DNA from: a virus
IMG/VR virus record: IMGVR_UViG_3300045988_095824
Reading direction: 5' to 3' (one strand)
DNA length: 35,523 nt
The translations under genes and the position numbers were made by a program. Position 1 is the stretch's first letter, and every line of letters begins with the position of its first letter. Shown here piece by piece: positions 1 through 8,847 of the stretch. The notes under the pieces are model-generated. The model had not been told where the DNA came from. It saw only the letters and a list, made by a program, of their open reading frames with translations, and did not search any database.

Positions 1-119
1 CCGTAGTTCGTGAGCCGGTCGAACACGCTCTTCTGCCCAAGGGACTCGTCCAAGGCGTCCACGTACGCCTGCGCCGCCTTCTTCGCCGCCTCGAGGGCCG
101 CGTTCGCCTTGTTCGTCGC
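1..119. repeat. Terminal redundancy, copy 1 (identical to 35405..35523)
   Basis: Compared base by base by eye: 119/119 identical. Most likely the overlap of a circular contig or a terminally redundant molecule. Confidence 0.9.
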
Positions 120-1811
120 GTCCGTCGAGGCGGACGCGAGCGCGTTCTTTCGGGCCTCTTCGGCTTTCGCCTGCGCGTAGTCCTTGGCCGCGGCGAGGTT
201 GTCGATGTCGGTCTGGTCGGACTCACGCTTCATCTGGTCGGCGTACTTCTTCGCCTCGGCGAGCGCTGCCGACGATGAGTCTCCGGCGATCGCGTCGACC
301 GTTTTTCCTCCGACCGTCGTTCGTGCGGAGAGTTTGAAGTCGCCGGTGTCGAGGTTCCAGCTGTTGTAGCCTGCGGCATCGGAGAGCAGGCCGGTGTAGA
401 TCGCGTCGGCGAAGAGTCCTTTGCCGTTCGCGAGGCTGCGCCAGTTCCAGTCGCCGTTCGCGTTCCTCGAGCTTGCGCACCGCCAGTATCCGCCGCCGAT
501 CTGGATGACCTGCGTGGGGTGCTGGTCGATCGGCTTGTCGTACACGTAGATGCCTTGGCCGGGTTTGAGGTACGTGTATCCGCCGGTGGCGTTCATGATC
601 TGGTTGATGCGGTCGATGAGGTCCTTCATGTACGGGCCGGTGCCGCCGGCGGCGCTGTTCCATGCGCCGGAGTTGGAGACGAGTTTGTCGAGCGCCTGCT
701 GTTGGGCGGCGAGGCGCTGCGTGTAGGATTGCCGGATGTTGCCGAGGGTGATCTTGGTGTCGGCGAGGCTGCCGGCAAGGTCTTCCTCGATCTGGAGGAT
801 GCGGCCTTCGAGGCGCAATGGTGTGGTGAAGCTGGTGTCGATGATCTGCACGCTGTCGCCGACGTCCGTGCCTTCCGGGTCGTAGCCGGCTTGTCCGAGG
901 GCGGTCACGTCGGCGGTGTAGGAGACGACGGGCGTGGTGCGGGTTTTGAGCGCCGCTTTGGTGAGGTTTAGGAGTTCCTTGGGGTCTTCGCAGTCGGGGA
1001 AGTCCACGGCGGCTTCGCTGTGGTGTCTGGTGCCGTCGGCTCCCACGATGCCCCAGTTGGCGAGCGCTTGGTCGTCTTGGACGTAGGGTTTGCCGTTGTT
1101 GACGTCGGCGAAGCTGATTTTGCGGCTGTATCCGCCGGTGGCCTCGCCTTCCTCGTTGGTTTGTTCGATGCCTTTGCCCCACCCGTAGAGGCGGGTGATG
1201 ACGTCGCCGCTGTCGATGTCGCGTTTGATTTGGGTGAGGTCTTTGCCGTATTCGAAGCGTTTCGTGGTGTTGGTGGAGCCCCGGTGTTCGACGAGGTGGA
1301 TGATGCGCCGGCCGATCTGGTTGCCGGTCGGGTCGGGCTGGTATTCGGTCTGGACTTCGAGCCCGTAGGTGTCGGCGATTTTCTGGATGGCGTCGAGGGC
1401 GGTGCAGTGGTAGAAGGCGAGGTTGGCCGTGCCGGTGATGGTGCCGGTCTCGACGGTGCCGACCGCCCACCGGGTGCCTTCGAGGGCTTTGGCGAGGCAG
1501 GCTTTGGCGTTCGCGTTGCGGTTGCGTTTGTCCTCGATATAGGTGCGCGAGAGTTCGGCGATGCTGCCGGTGCAGTAGGCGACGGTGACGGGCATGCCTG
1601 CGGCGCGGGCGGTCTGGGTGGACTGGCATAGGTATTCCGCCCAGCGGCCCATCGAGTCCTTGAACGCGATGCGTTCGTCCTTGTTGATCTCGCCGATGGT
1701 GGTGATGTCGAGGGTGTCGGTGCCGTCGGTGGCTCTCGTGCGGATGGCCTTGATGGCGTAGGGCAGGTCGCCGAGCGGGTTGCCCCAGCGGTCGAAGATC
1801 ATGTATCGCAT
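1..1811 (-). CDS. Tail-associated (Tal-like) protein fused to tail fibre, N-terminal part. The ORF leaves the window start and continues at 35404..33862, 1117 aa in total.
   Basis: ATG at 1811..1809 lies 8 nt after an AGGAG RBS. Hand translation MRYMIFDRWGNPLGDLPYAIKAIRTRATDG... stays open to position 1 in the frame whose codon low coordinate is divisible by 3. That is the same frame as 33862..35466 once the 119-bp overlap is removed. It sits directly after Dit, as Tal proteins do. This ORF is not in the supplied track because it is truncated by the window edge. Confidence 0.8.
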   Translation of the reverse strand, partial: MRYMIFDRWGNPLGDLPYAIKAIRTRATDGTDTLDITTIGEINKDERIAFKDSMGRWAEYLCQSTQTARAAGMPVTVAYCTGSIAELSRTYIEDKRNRNANAKACLAKALEGTRWAVGTVETGTITGTANLAFYHCTALDAIQKIADTYGLEVQTEYQPDPTGNQIGRRIIHLVEHRGSTNTTKRFEYGKDLTQIKRDIDSGDVITRLYGWGKGIEQTNEEGEATGGYSRKISFADVNNGKPYVQDDQALANWGIVGADGTRHHSEAAVDFPDCEDPKELLNLTKAALKTRTTPVVSYTADVTALGQAGYDPEGTDVGDSVQIIDTSFTTPLRLEGRILQIEEDLAGSLADTKITLGNIRQSYTQRLAAQQQALDKLVSNSGAWNSAAGGTGPYMKDLIDRINQIMNATGGYTYLKPGQGIYVYDKPIDQHPTQVIQIGGGYWRCASSRNANGDWNWRSLANGKGLFADAIYTGLLSDAAGYNSWNLDTGDFKLSARTTVGGKTVDAIAGDSSSAALAEAKKYADQMKRESDQTDIDNLAAAKDYAQAKAEEARKNALASASTDATNKANAALEAAKKAAQAYVDALDESLGQKSVFDRLTNY

Positions 1812-1821
1812 GAGTGTGCTC

Positions 1822-2604
1822 CTAGATGAGTGTGAGTGGCCTGTACGCGAGACTGGCGGCGGTGGCTCCGGTGAGGGTGAGCGTGTTCAGGCCGGGCAAT
1901 AGGGGGAAGTAGTCGGATTCGAGTGTGGGTGTCATGAGGTTGCCGTTGACGCGCAGCTCCCGGTGGTCGGGGTCGGTGTCGATGGAGATGCGTCCGGTGA
2001 TGGCGGTGGTGGACGTGACGGCGAGTTTGTGGCCGTGCGCGTCCTTGATGCTGACGGTCTTGGCGTCGGCGGCGGGGGTGAGCGTCCATGTGGGCCAGCA
2101 TGGCCGGTTGCCTTTGACGTGGATCGTGTTCGCGTCCGTTTTGAGCGCGATGGATCGGCTGCGGCCGATCAGGTAGGGGTGGGCGTCGATCTCGGCTTGC
2201 ACGAGGGTGGCGATCTGGTGGTCGCCGGCCCATTTGTCTTCCCACGCGCCGAGGCTCATGCGGCCTTGGTATTCGCCGGGCAGGCTGCGCCATGAGAGTG
2301 AGACTATGGTGCCGGCTAGGGCGGCGAGCCGGGTTTTGGCGGCGAGGATGTCGTCTTCGCCGCCGATGGCGTACAGGCTGAGCGTGATGGCGCGGTCGCC
2401 CATGTACGCTGCCCCGGTCGGGTCGGTGAGGGTCAGGTCGAGCCGGCCGTCGCGGCCGGGCATGTCCTGCATGCTCAAGGTCGGTTTGGCGGCGTCGATG
2501 GTCACGCCGTCGGAGGATAGGGACAGCATCATGCGTTCCAGCGGGACGCCGTTGAGCGTGGGGTCTTCGACATGCGGCAGGCGCATGCGTCGCTGGTAGA
2601 GCAT
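1822..2604 (-). CDS. Distal tail protein (Dit-like)
   Basis: 260-aa ORF with protein-like composition, lying between tape measure and Tal as in siphovirus synteny. RBS AGAGGA upstream. Confidence 0.7.
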   Translation of the reverse strand: MLYQRRMRLPHVEDPTLNGVPLERMMLSLSSDGVTIDAAKPTLSMQDMPGRDGRLDLTLTDPTGAAYMGDRAITLSLYAIGGEDDILAAKTRLAALAGTIVSLSWRSLPGEYQGRMSLGAWEDKWAGDHQIATLVQAEIDAHPYLIGRSRSIALKTDANTIHVKGNRPCWPTWTLTPAADAKTVSIKDAHGHKLAVTSTTAITGRISIDTDPDHRELRVNGNLMTPTLESDYFPLLPGLNTLTLTGATAASLAYRPLTLI

Positions 2605-2623
2605 GATGCTGTCCTCTCTGGTT

Positions 2624-5600
2624 TTAACGGCCTCTCATGGCGAGGTAGTTGAGTTCGTAGCTCATGGGTTTGGCGAGCTTGCCGGCCATGACCTCGCCGC
2701 CTCGGTCGGACAGGTTGAGCGTGATGCCGCTGCTGAGCGCCTGATCGATGGCGTCGATGATGTCCTGTTTGGTCGCGTATTCGCCTTGGCTGCTGTCGAT
2801 CGTGTAGGCCATCCGGCCGCCCGTGATGCGGGTCTGGTAGGCGTATGGGGTTTCGAGCATGCTGGTGTCGGTCTTCAGGCTCACGGTGGGGATCATGTCG
2901 GTCAGACCGTCGATGCTGTCCTCGACGAGGCCGCTGGCCTTGTCGATGCCCTGGGCCATGCCGGCGGGTATCCATTTGCCGACCTCGTCGCGGAAGATGC
3001 GTGACGGGCTGTGGATGCCGAGCACGCTCTTGGCCCAGCCGACGAGGCTGCTGCCGAGGTTGCTGATCGTGTTCCTGACCCACTGGAACGCGCCGCCGAT
3101 GCCGTTGATGAGGCCTTGGATGACCTGACGGCCCGTGTCGTACAGCCATCGGCCCGCGCCGCTGACCGCGCCGAGCACGGTGTCGCGGATGCGGCCGACC
3201 GTGTTCGACACGGATTGGATGCCGTTGGACACGGCCGACGTGATCCCGTGCCAGATGTTCGACAGGTACGAGCTGACCGAGTTCCATACGCTCGTCCACA
3301 CGCCGCTGATGGCGTTCAGGACGGTCGAGATGGTGTTGCTCACATTCTGGATGCATGTGGACACCACGCCGCTGATCGCGTTCCAGATGGTGGACGCGAC
3401 GGACCTGACCGCGTTCCAGATGCTCGTCCACACGCTCTGGATCGCGTTGAGGACGGTGCCGATCGTGGTCCTGATGCCGTTGATGATCGGCATGAAGAAC
3501 GCGACGATCTTGTTCCACACGTCGGTGAAGAACGTGCTGATGGCGGTCCATACGGTGGTCCAGACGGCCTTGATTCCGTCGAGGATGTTCGACAGGAACG
3601 CTTTGATGCCGTCCCATGTGGTCGTGAAGAAGTCCTTGATCGCGTCCCATGCGCCCTGCCAGTCTCCCTTGAGGAAGCTGAGGAACACGACGATGACCGT
3701 GCGGATCGCGTTCACCGCGGTCGAGATGTAGCCGCTTATCAGCGTGAAGATCGTGTTGACGACGTTGTAGATCGCCGTCCAGATGGTGCTCCACACGGTG
3801 TTCGTGCTGTTCATCTGCTGGGTGATGAACGAGAGTATCCAGCCGAACACGGTGTTGATGCCGTTCTGGATCGCCTGCAAGGGTGCGACGATGAGCGCGC
3901 CGATGACGGTGAACACGTTGACGATGAAGTCTCGTATCCCGGTGAAGATCGTCGTGGCGGTCGTGCTGATGCCGGTCCACACGCCGGACAGGAACGTGGT
4001 GATCGACGTCCATGCGCCGGTGACGCCGCCGCTGATCGTCTGCCATAGGCCCGTGAAGAAGCCGGCGATGCCGTCCCATGCGGATTGCACGGTACCTGTG
4101 ATCGTGGCCCATAGGTTGGCGAGGAATTCGCCGAGCCCGTTCCATAGGTCTTGCGCGGTGGCGACGATCGTGTTCCACGTGTCCGTGAGCCATGAGGTGA
4201 ACGCGGCCCATGCCTTGCGGCCGACCTCGGTCTGGGTGAAGAACCAGACGAGCGCGGCCACGACGGCCGCGATGGCGACGGCGATAGCGCCAATGGGGTT
4301 TGCCGCTATGACGGCGTTGAACGCGCCCTGCACGGCGGTCGCCATTTTGGTGGCGGCGCTCCACGCGGTCTGAGCCGTCTTGACGAGGCTGAGGCTGGAG
4401 CCCATCTGTTTGAGCATTTGAATCGGGCCGCCCAAGTCCATCATGAGCATGATGCCGTTGCTGATGCCCTTGGCGGCGGTCGTCACCGTGTTCATGGTTC
4501 CGGTGAGCGCCTGTAGACCGCTGTTGAGCGCCTGATAGCCCTTGACTGCGGCGAACGCGGCGCCGATGCCGATGATGATGGGCGCGAGTTCCTTGCCGTG
4601 CTGGATGAACCAGTTGAGCGTGTCGGCGACGAGTTTGATGCCGTCGGCGAGACCTTCGGGAGGGATCATGTGCGCCCAGTCGATGACCATGTTGACGACG
4701 CCCATGATCGCGTCCCTGATGGTGTCCCACGCGGATTTGAACGCGGTGATCGCGCCGTTTTCCTCCAGTTTGGAGTAGAGGCGCTGGAACCAGCCGATGA
4801 GCCCTTCGATGCCTGCCTGGACGACGGGCACGGCGTTGGTGACGCCGTCGGCGATCCAGCTCATGCCGCCGGTGATGGCGGGTTTGACGCTGTCGAGCAC
4901 GCTCGCGCCGAGCTTGACGAACGCGGCTTCGAGGTTGCCGGTGGCTCCCTCGATGGTGCTGGCGGATGTGGCGGCTTCCACGGCGGCGTCGGTGAAGCCG
5001 AGCGACATGATCGCGTCGTTGAATTCCTGCGCGGTGATCTGCCCGTCGGCCATCGCGTCGCGGAAGTTGCCGGTGTAGGCTCCGGCCTCCTTGAGTGCCT
5101 GTTGGATCTTGCCGCTCGCGCCGGGGATCGCGTCCGAGAGCTGGTTCCAGTTCTCGGTCGTGAGTTTTCCCTGGCCGGCGGTCTGCGTCAGCACCATCGC
5201 CACGGACTTGAAGGTGTCGGCGGAGCCGCCGGCGACGGCGTTGAGGTTGCCTGCGGCTTCGGCGAGCTTGTCGTAGTTGGGCACGCCGTTGGCGGCGAGC
5301 TGGGCGGTGGTGTTGCGGATGTCGTTGAGGTCGTAGACGGTCTTGTCGGCGTAGTCCTGCGTGCTGGCGGTGAGTCGTTTGATCTGCTGTTCGCTGACGC
5401 CGGCGAAGTTCAGGGTGCTGGCGAACTTCTGGGCGCTGTCGGATGCGCTGGTGATCTCGCCGGACAGGCCCATGAACGCTTCGATGGCCTTGCCCGCGAC
5501 GCTTTGCGCGATGCCGGTGATGACGCCGAGTTTCGCGCCGAAGCCGCCGGCGAAGCCGTTGCCGGCTTTGATGCCGGCGGTGTTGCCGGCGGTTTCCGAT

Positions 5601-5689
5601 GCGCTGCCGAACGCCGATTCGATGGCCTTGCCGACGCCCTTCATGCTGGGCACGATCTGTACGAACGCGGTGGCGATCTCGATTGCCAT
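2624..5689 (-). CDS. Tape measure protein
   Basis: 1021 aa, the longest tail gene. It has Gly/Ala-rich helical segments, long W/T/I periodic repeats (..VWTSIWNAV..) and a GIHSPSRIF motif near the C-terminus. GGGAGG RBS. It follows the G/G-T chaperones. Confidence 0.9.
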   Translation of the reverse strand: MAIEIATAFVQIVPSMKGVGKAIESAFGSASETAGNTAGIKAGNGFAGGFGAKLGVITGIAQSVAGKAIEAFMGLSGEITSASDSAQKFASTLNFAGVSEQQIKRLTASTQDYADKTVYDLNDIRNTTAQLAANGVPNYDKLAEAAGNLNAVAGGSADTFKSVAMVLTQTAGQGKLTTENWNQLSDAIPGASGKIQQALKEAGAYTGNFRDAMADGQITAQEFNDAIMSLGFTDAAVEAATSASTIEGATGNLEAAFVKLGASVLDSVKPAITGGMSWIADGVTNAVPVVQAGIEGLIGWFQRLYSKLEENGAITAFKSAWDTIRDAIMGVVNMVIDWAHMIPPEGLADGIKLVADTLNWFIQHGKELAPIIIGIGAAFAAVKGYQALNSGLQALTGTMNTVTTAAKGISNGIMLMMDLGGPIQMLKQMGSSLSLVKTAQTAWSAATKMATAVQGAFNAVIAANPIGAIAVAIAAVVAALVWFFTQTEVGRKAWAAFTSWLTDTWNTIVATAQDLWNGLGEFLANLWATITGTVQSAWDGIAGFFTGLWQTISGGVTGAWTSITTFLSGVWTGISTTATTIFTGIRDFIVNVFTVIGALIVAPLQAIQNGINTVFGWILSFITQQMNSTNTVWSTIWTAIYNVVNTIFTLISGYISTAVNAIRTVIVVFLSFLKGDWQGAWDAIKDFFTTTWDGIKAFLSNILDGIKAVWTTVWTAISTFFTDVWNKIVAFFMPIINGIRTTIGTVLNAIQSVWTSIWNAVRSVASTIWNAISGVVSTCIQNVSNTISTVLNAISGVWTSVWNSVSSYLSNIWHGITSAVSNGIQSVSNTVGRIRDTVLGAVSGAGRWLYDTGRQVIQGLINGIGGAFQWVRNTISNLGSSLVGWAKSVLGIHSPSRIFRDEVGKWIPAGMAQGIDKASGLVEDSIDGLTDMIPTVSLKTDTSMLETPYAYQTRITGGRMAYTIDSSQGEYATKQDIIDAIDQALSSGITLNLSDRGGEVMAGKLAKPMSYELNYLAMRGR

Positions 5690-5690
5690 G

Positions 5691-6415
5691 CTATGCCTCC
5701 CTGATGGTGGTGCGCGGTGCGGCCAGGTATGCGGCTAGTTGTTCGTCGTCCATCGCCATGACCTCGCCGCCCGTGGCTTCATGCCGGACGGTGCCGGGGC
5801 GTTGGAGTTGTCCGCGCCAGCGCGCGCCCTTGCGTGAGGCTTCCTTGGTTTTCGTCCAGGCGAGGAACGCGAGGCTGTCGCGGATGTCGGCGAGGAGGTA
5901 GGTTTGGTCGTCCCATGCGAGGCGCGGGTTGAGTTTTTGCCAGATGATGGACTGGCGGGGGAGGTTGGCGGCCAGTGCGGCCGCCCGGTTGGCGGGCAGT
6001 TCGCCAGTCCATATGAGGTCGGTGTTAAGCCCATAGAAACGCTGGAAGTCCGCTTCGAGCGCGTCGGGTGCCGTGGCGAGCATTCCTATGAGCGTCAGGA
6101 GTTTGGGGCGACCTGTTCGAGGAGCTGGGCGATGAATTCGCTGACCTTGTCGATGCTCACGCGCCCGGTGTCGGGGTCGCGCAATGCGTCCTTCATGGCC
6201 GTGTACTGGGGGCCGCAGAGCTTCTTGAGGAAGGGGACGATGGCGAACGCGCCGGCACCGTTGCCGGACTGGGCGGTTTGGAGGTCGTAGAGGTATTCGA
6301 CCATGTCGAGGTCGTCGAAGATCGCGGGGCTGACGGCGAGGGTGACGCCCATGGCCTCGACGGTCTTGGGCTGGTTTTTCGGGGTTTTGTGGTCATGCGG
6401 CTGCTTGGCTGCCAT
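5691..6415 (-). CDS. Tail assembly chaperone, -1 frameshift fusion product (G-T type)
   Basis: ORF 6095..6415 (frame 2) and ORF 5691..6083 (frame 0, which is the -1 frame on the minus strand) are joined at slippery C.CCA.AAC (6107..6101). The post-slip reading PKLLTLIGMLATAPDALE joins the downstream ORF. Confidence 0.7.
6095..6415 (-). CDS. Tail assembly chaperone (G-like, unshifted product)
   Basis: 106-aa acidic ORF between major tail protein and tape measure. It ends ..EQVAPNS*, immediately after the slippery heptamer. Confidence 0.75.
   Translation of the reverse strand: MAAKQPHDHKTPKNQPKTVEAMGVTLAVSPAIFDDLDMVEYLYDLQTAQSGNGAGAFAIVPFLKKLCGPQYTAMKDALRDPDTGRVSIDKVSEFIAQLLEQVAPNS
6101..6107 (-). 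promoter_or_regulatory. Programmed -1 ribosomal frameshift slippery heptamer CCCAAAC (X XXY YYZ)
   Basis: Plus strand reads gtttggg. On the minus strand this is GC[C CCA AAC] TCC TGA, with 0-frame codons CCA AAC, 3 nt before the stop. Confidence 0.65.
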
Positions 6416-6437
6416 ATGCGTGTCCTTTCAGAGGGGT

Positions 6438-6459
6438 GCGCCCGCCGGACGGCGGGCGC
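6438..6459 (-). other. Perfect 9-bp GC stem-loop between the major tail and chaperone genes
   Basis: gcgcccgcc-ggac-ggcgggcgc. No T-tract follows, so it is more likely an mRNA stabiliser or attenuator than a full terminator. Confidence 0.4.
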
Positions 6460-6468
6460 GGGGTGGGA

Positions 6469-7056
6469 TCACTTGCTGAGCGAGGCGGTGGCGACGTTGG
6501 CGATGTATTCGACGCTGGTGGACCCGTTGATGAGGTCGCTGGGGTTGGCGCTCATGGTCACGCCGTAGCCGATGGCGTCGCCGGCGCTGTAGGTGGTGTC
6601 GTCGAATTCGGTGATGGTGCCGTCGGCGACGACGATGCGCTTGACTCGGTTGCCGGTCATGGCGATCTCGAACACGAGCACGAGGCTTTCGCCGGACGGG
6701 ATGGCGTGGTAGACGGTGAGCTTGTCTGCGGTGCCGGTGACGTTCGCGGTGCCGAAACGCAGTTTGAGGCTGGCTTCGTTGGTTTCGATCATGTTGAACT
6801 GCCATGTCTCGCCGTAGCCGCTGATCTCGGACAGCACCTTGATGCCGCCCATCTCGTTGATGTCGGTGGTGTCGGTGTCGGTGGCGTTGGTGACGCCGTC
6901 CTCCGACAGGTAGCCGACGCAGGTGTAGGCTGCCGGCAGTGCGGTGGTCGCGTCGGTGGGCAGTGCGGTGCCGGCGGGCGCGTAGTAGAGGCAGCCGGTC
7001 TTCTTGGGCTTGCCGAGGCTGACGTTTTTCTTGTTGTTGTGGTTGGTTTCGGCCAT
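6469..7056 (-). CDS. Major tail protein
   Basis: 195 aa, T/S/G-rich beta-type composition, GAAAGG RBS, positioned upstream of the chaperone pair. Confidence 0.8.
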   Translation of the reverse strand: MAETNHNNKKNVSLGKPKKTGCLYYAPAGTALPTDATTALPAAYTCVGYLSEDGVTNATDTDTTDINEMGGIKVLSEISGYGETWQFNMIETNEASLKLRFGTANVTGTADKLTVYHAIPSGESLVLVFEIAMTGNRVKRIVVADGTITEFDDTTYSAGDAIGYGVTMSANPSDLINGSTSVEYIANVATASLSK

Positions 7057-7087
7057 GATGGTGCCTTTCGGATGGTGCGGCGTCGTC

Positions 7088-7453
7088 TTATTGGGTGGCG
7101 GCGTCGAGCTGGATGGTGATCTGGTATCGGGGCTGGGGCGGCGGGCCGGGGTCGGGGAAGTCGATGACGCTTTCCACGCCGACGGCGGCGATGGGGTCGA
7201 GCAGGTCGAGGTCGAGCAGTCGGGGCAGCAGCGTGCCGGTGGCGAGCTGGGCGGCCTGCCATCGGGTTTCCGCCCATACCTGTATGGCGAGGATGGGGTG
7301 GCTGCTGTATTCGTTCTCGCTGCCGCCGACGCGCTCGATGGTCACGAACCGCCTGGGCCGGTCGGCGGGCACTTCGAGGTATGCGGTCAGCCCGTCGCCG
7401 TCGGGGTCGGCGTCGATCCAGTCCTTGACCGTCTTTTCGAGGTTGAGACTCAT
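7088..7453 (-). CDS. Tail terminator / tail completion protein
   Basis: 121-aa ORF immediately upstream of the major tail protein. ATGA overlap with the preceding gene. Confidence 0.55.
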   Translation of the reverse strand: MSLNLEKTVKDWIDADPDGDGLTAYLEVPADRPRRFVTIERVGGSENEYSSHPILAIQVWAETRWQAAQLATGTLLPRLLDLDLLDPIAAVGVESVIDFPDPGPPPQPRYQITIQLDAATQ

Positions 7454-7725
7454 CGCCGTTTCACCGCCTTGAGCAGCGTGTTGTGCTTCGCGTTGTCCTC
7501 CATCGCCTTCACGTTGCCTTCGGAGCCGTGCCCGGTCGTGGCGAGCGCGACGCTGCCTTTGGTGGTGCTGACATGGGGTGCGGCCTCGTAGGTCGCGCCT
7601 TCGACCTGTGCCATGCTGTTGGCGCTGGCGGCGATGAGCGTGGCCTGTTGGTCGATGGCCTGCTGGATGGGTGCGGATTGGCGTACCGCACGGAAGCCGG
7701 CGAGGTTGAGTTTTACCTTTGCCAT
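7450..7725 (-). CDS. HK97 gp10-like neck / tail-component protein
   Basis: Start reassigned to MAKVKLNLAGFRAV... (ATG 7725, GGAGAG RBS). The 52 upstream codons in the track ORF are R/H-rich shadow sequence. Confidence 0.55.
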   Translation of the reverse strand: MAKVKLNLAGFRAVRQSAPIQQAIDQQATLIAASANSMAQVEGATYEAAPHVSTTKGSVALATTGHGSEGNVKAMEDNAKHNTLLKAVKRR

Positions 7726-7736
7726 GCGTTGCTCTC

Positions 7737-8072
7737 CTAGCCTCTGGTGTCGGCGAGTTCGACGGTGAGGTTCCAGCGGGTCGGGGTCATGCCGCCCGTG
7801 TAGGGGCGGGGGTCTCCGATCACGGTGTATTCGACGCCGTCGATGCGTGCTTTGGCTCCGCGCAGGCTCCGGTAGGGCCATGCGCGGGGCATGTGGATGG
7901 TTTTGGCGGTGCGGATGCCGTCGGGGCGGATGGGGTCGGTGGAGTTCGACTGGCTGCCGTCCTGTATGAGCACGTCGTCCACCTGTTCCTCGCGGGTGTT
8001 CCAGATGATTCCGCCGCCGGGGTCTTCGCCGGCTTTGACGCGGTGGATGAGGGTGATGGTCTCGCCTCTCAT
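7737..8072 (-). CDS. Head closure / head-tail joining protein
   Basis: Start reassigned to MRGETITLIHRVKAGED... (ATG 8072, ATGA overlap with the upstream gene). 111 aa, with size and position typical of this family. Confidence 0.6.
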   Translation of the reverse strand: MRGETITLIHRVKAGEDPGGGIIWNTREEQVDDVLIQDGSQSNSTDPIRPDGIRTAKTIHMPRAWPYRSLRGAKARIDGVEYTVIGDPRPYTGGMTPTRWNLTVELADTRG

Positions 8073-8521
8073 GCCGTGCCTCCGGCCATGTCGTAGGCCC
8101 ATGCCTCGCCGTCGCCGCCCAACGCTTCCTTCTCGCTCGTGGTGAGGTAGAGGTCGCCGGCGGGGTTGGCGTAGCTCAGGCTTTCGCTGTAGCTTCCGGC
8201 CGTCTGGGTGGATTGGGTCACGCCCGACATGTCGGGGCCGGCCTGCATGGCTCGTTTGACGGCCATGCAGGCGATGCGTTTCAACGTGGCGGGTTTGGCG
8301 GTGTGCCAGCGCGGGCAGGTGGTGCGGATCAGGTCGGATGCGTCCGCGAGCAGCGCTTCGGCGCGGTTGTGTTCCTCGCCGGTGAGCGCGTGCCATCGGG
8401 CTTCGAGGTCGCCGACCTGCGCGAACGGCTTCTCGTCGCCCGTTTCGTCCTCTCCCCCGCCGTCTGCCGTCACGGTTGTGCCGTCGGACAGGTTGAGCGG
8501 GGTGCTGGGGTATCCGTCCAT
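8069..8521 (-). CDS. Head-tail connector (gp6-like adaptor)
   Basis: Start reassigned to MDGYPSTPLNLSDG... (ATG 8521, AAGGAG RBS). 150 aa, downstream of capsid. Confidence 0.55.
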   Translation of the reverse strand: MDGYPSTPLNLSDGTTVTADGGGEDETGDEKPFAQVGDLEARWHALTGEEHNRAEALLADASDLIRTTCPRWHTAKPATLKRIACMAVKRAMQAGPDMSGVTQSTQTAGSYSESLSYANPAGDLYLTTSEKEALGGDGEAWAYDMAGGTA

Positions 8522-8532
8522 GCGGGGTCTCC

Positions 8533-8847
8533 TTAGGCGAGCAGGCCGGCGGCCTTGAGCTTGGTCAGCGTGGCGTTGACCTTCGCGACGATGGCCGCCG
8601 AGTCGGCGGATGCGGCGAGCTGCGCTTCGGCCGCCTGCTGGAGCACGCCGCCGCGCGCGCCGGCGGTCGGCGCGGGCGGCGTGAACGTAGACGGCTTGCC
8701 GGTGATGGCCGACCATGCGATGGTGGCGACGCCTTCCGCGAACGGGGTGCCGTCGGGCTTTACCAGACGCACGGGAATGGACAGGCCGGCCTCGTCGGCC
8801 TCGTCGTGTTCCTGCACTACGAGCGTCTGGGTGAGGGGCGCGGCCAT
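8533..8847 (-). CDS. Hypothetical head-module protein (104 aa)
   Basis: MAAPLTQTLVVQEHDE.... The start overlaps the capsid stop (TGATG). The rest of the 316-aa track ORF is shadow frame inside the capsid gene. Confidence 0.5.
   Translation of the reverse strand: MAAPLTQTLVVQEHDEADEAGLSIPVRLVKPDGTPFAEGVATIAWSAITGKPSTFTPPAPTAGARGGVLQQAAEAQLAASADSAAIVAKVNATLTKLKAAGLLA

Noticed and set aside
223-1629. 468-aa minus-strand ORF from the track (R/P/H-rich), plus similar long ORFs such as 2529..4730, 12058..13101, 13265..14896, 30442..32076 and 31269..32408
   Set aside because: Their composition is extreme in Arg, Pro, His and Gly, as expected for off-frame or antisense readings of GC-rich genes. 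Each lies wholly inside a gene with a convincing protein-like frame, and none has an RBS.
2624-5689. Periodic repeats within the tape measure gene considered as a hypervariable or DGR target region
   Set aside because: The repeats are degenerate at the DNA level, have no TR-like partner, and are typical of tape measure proteins.
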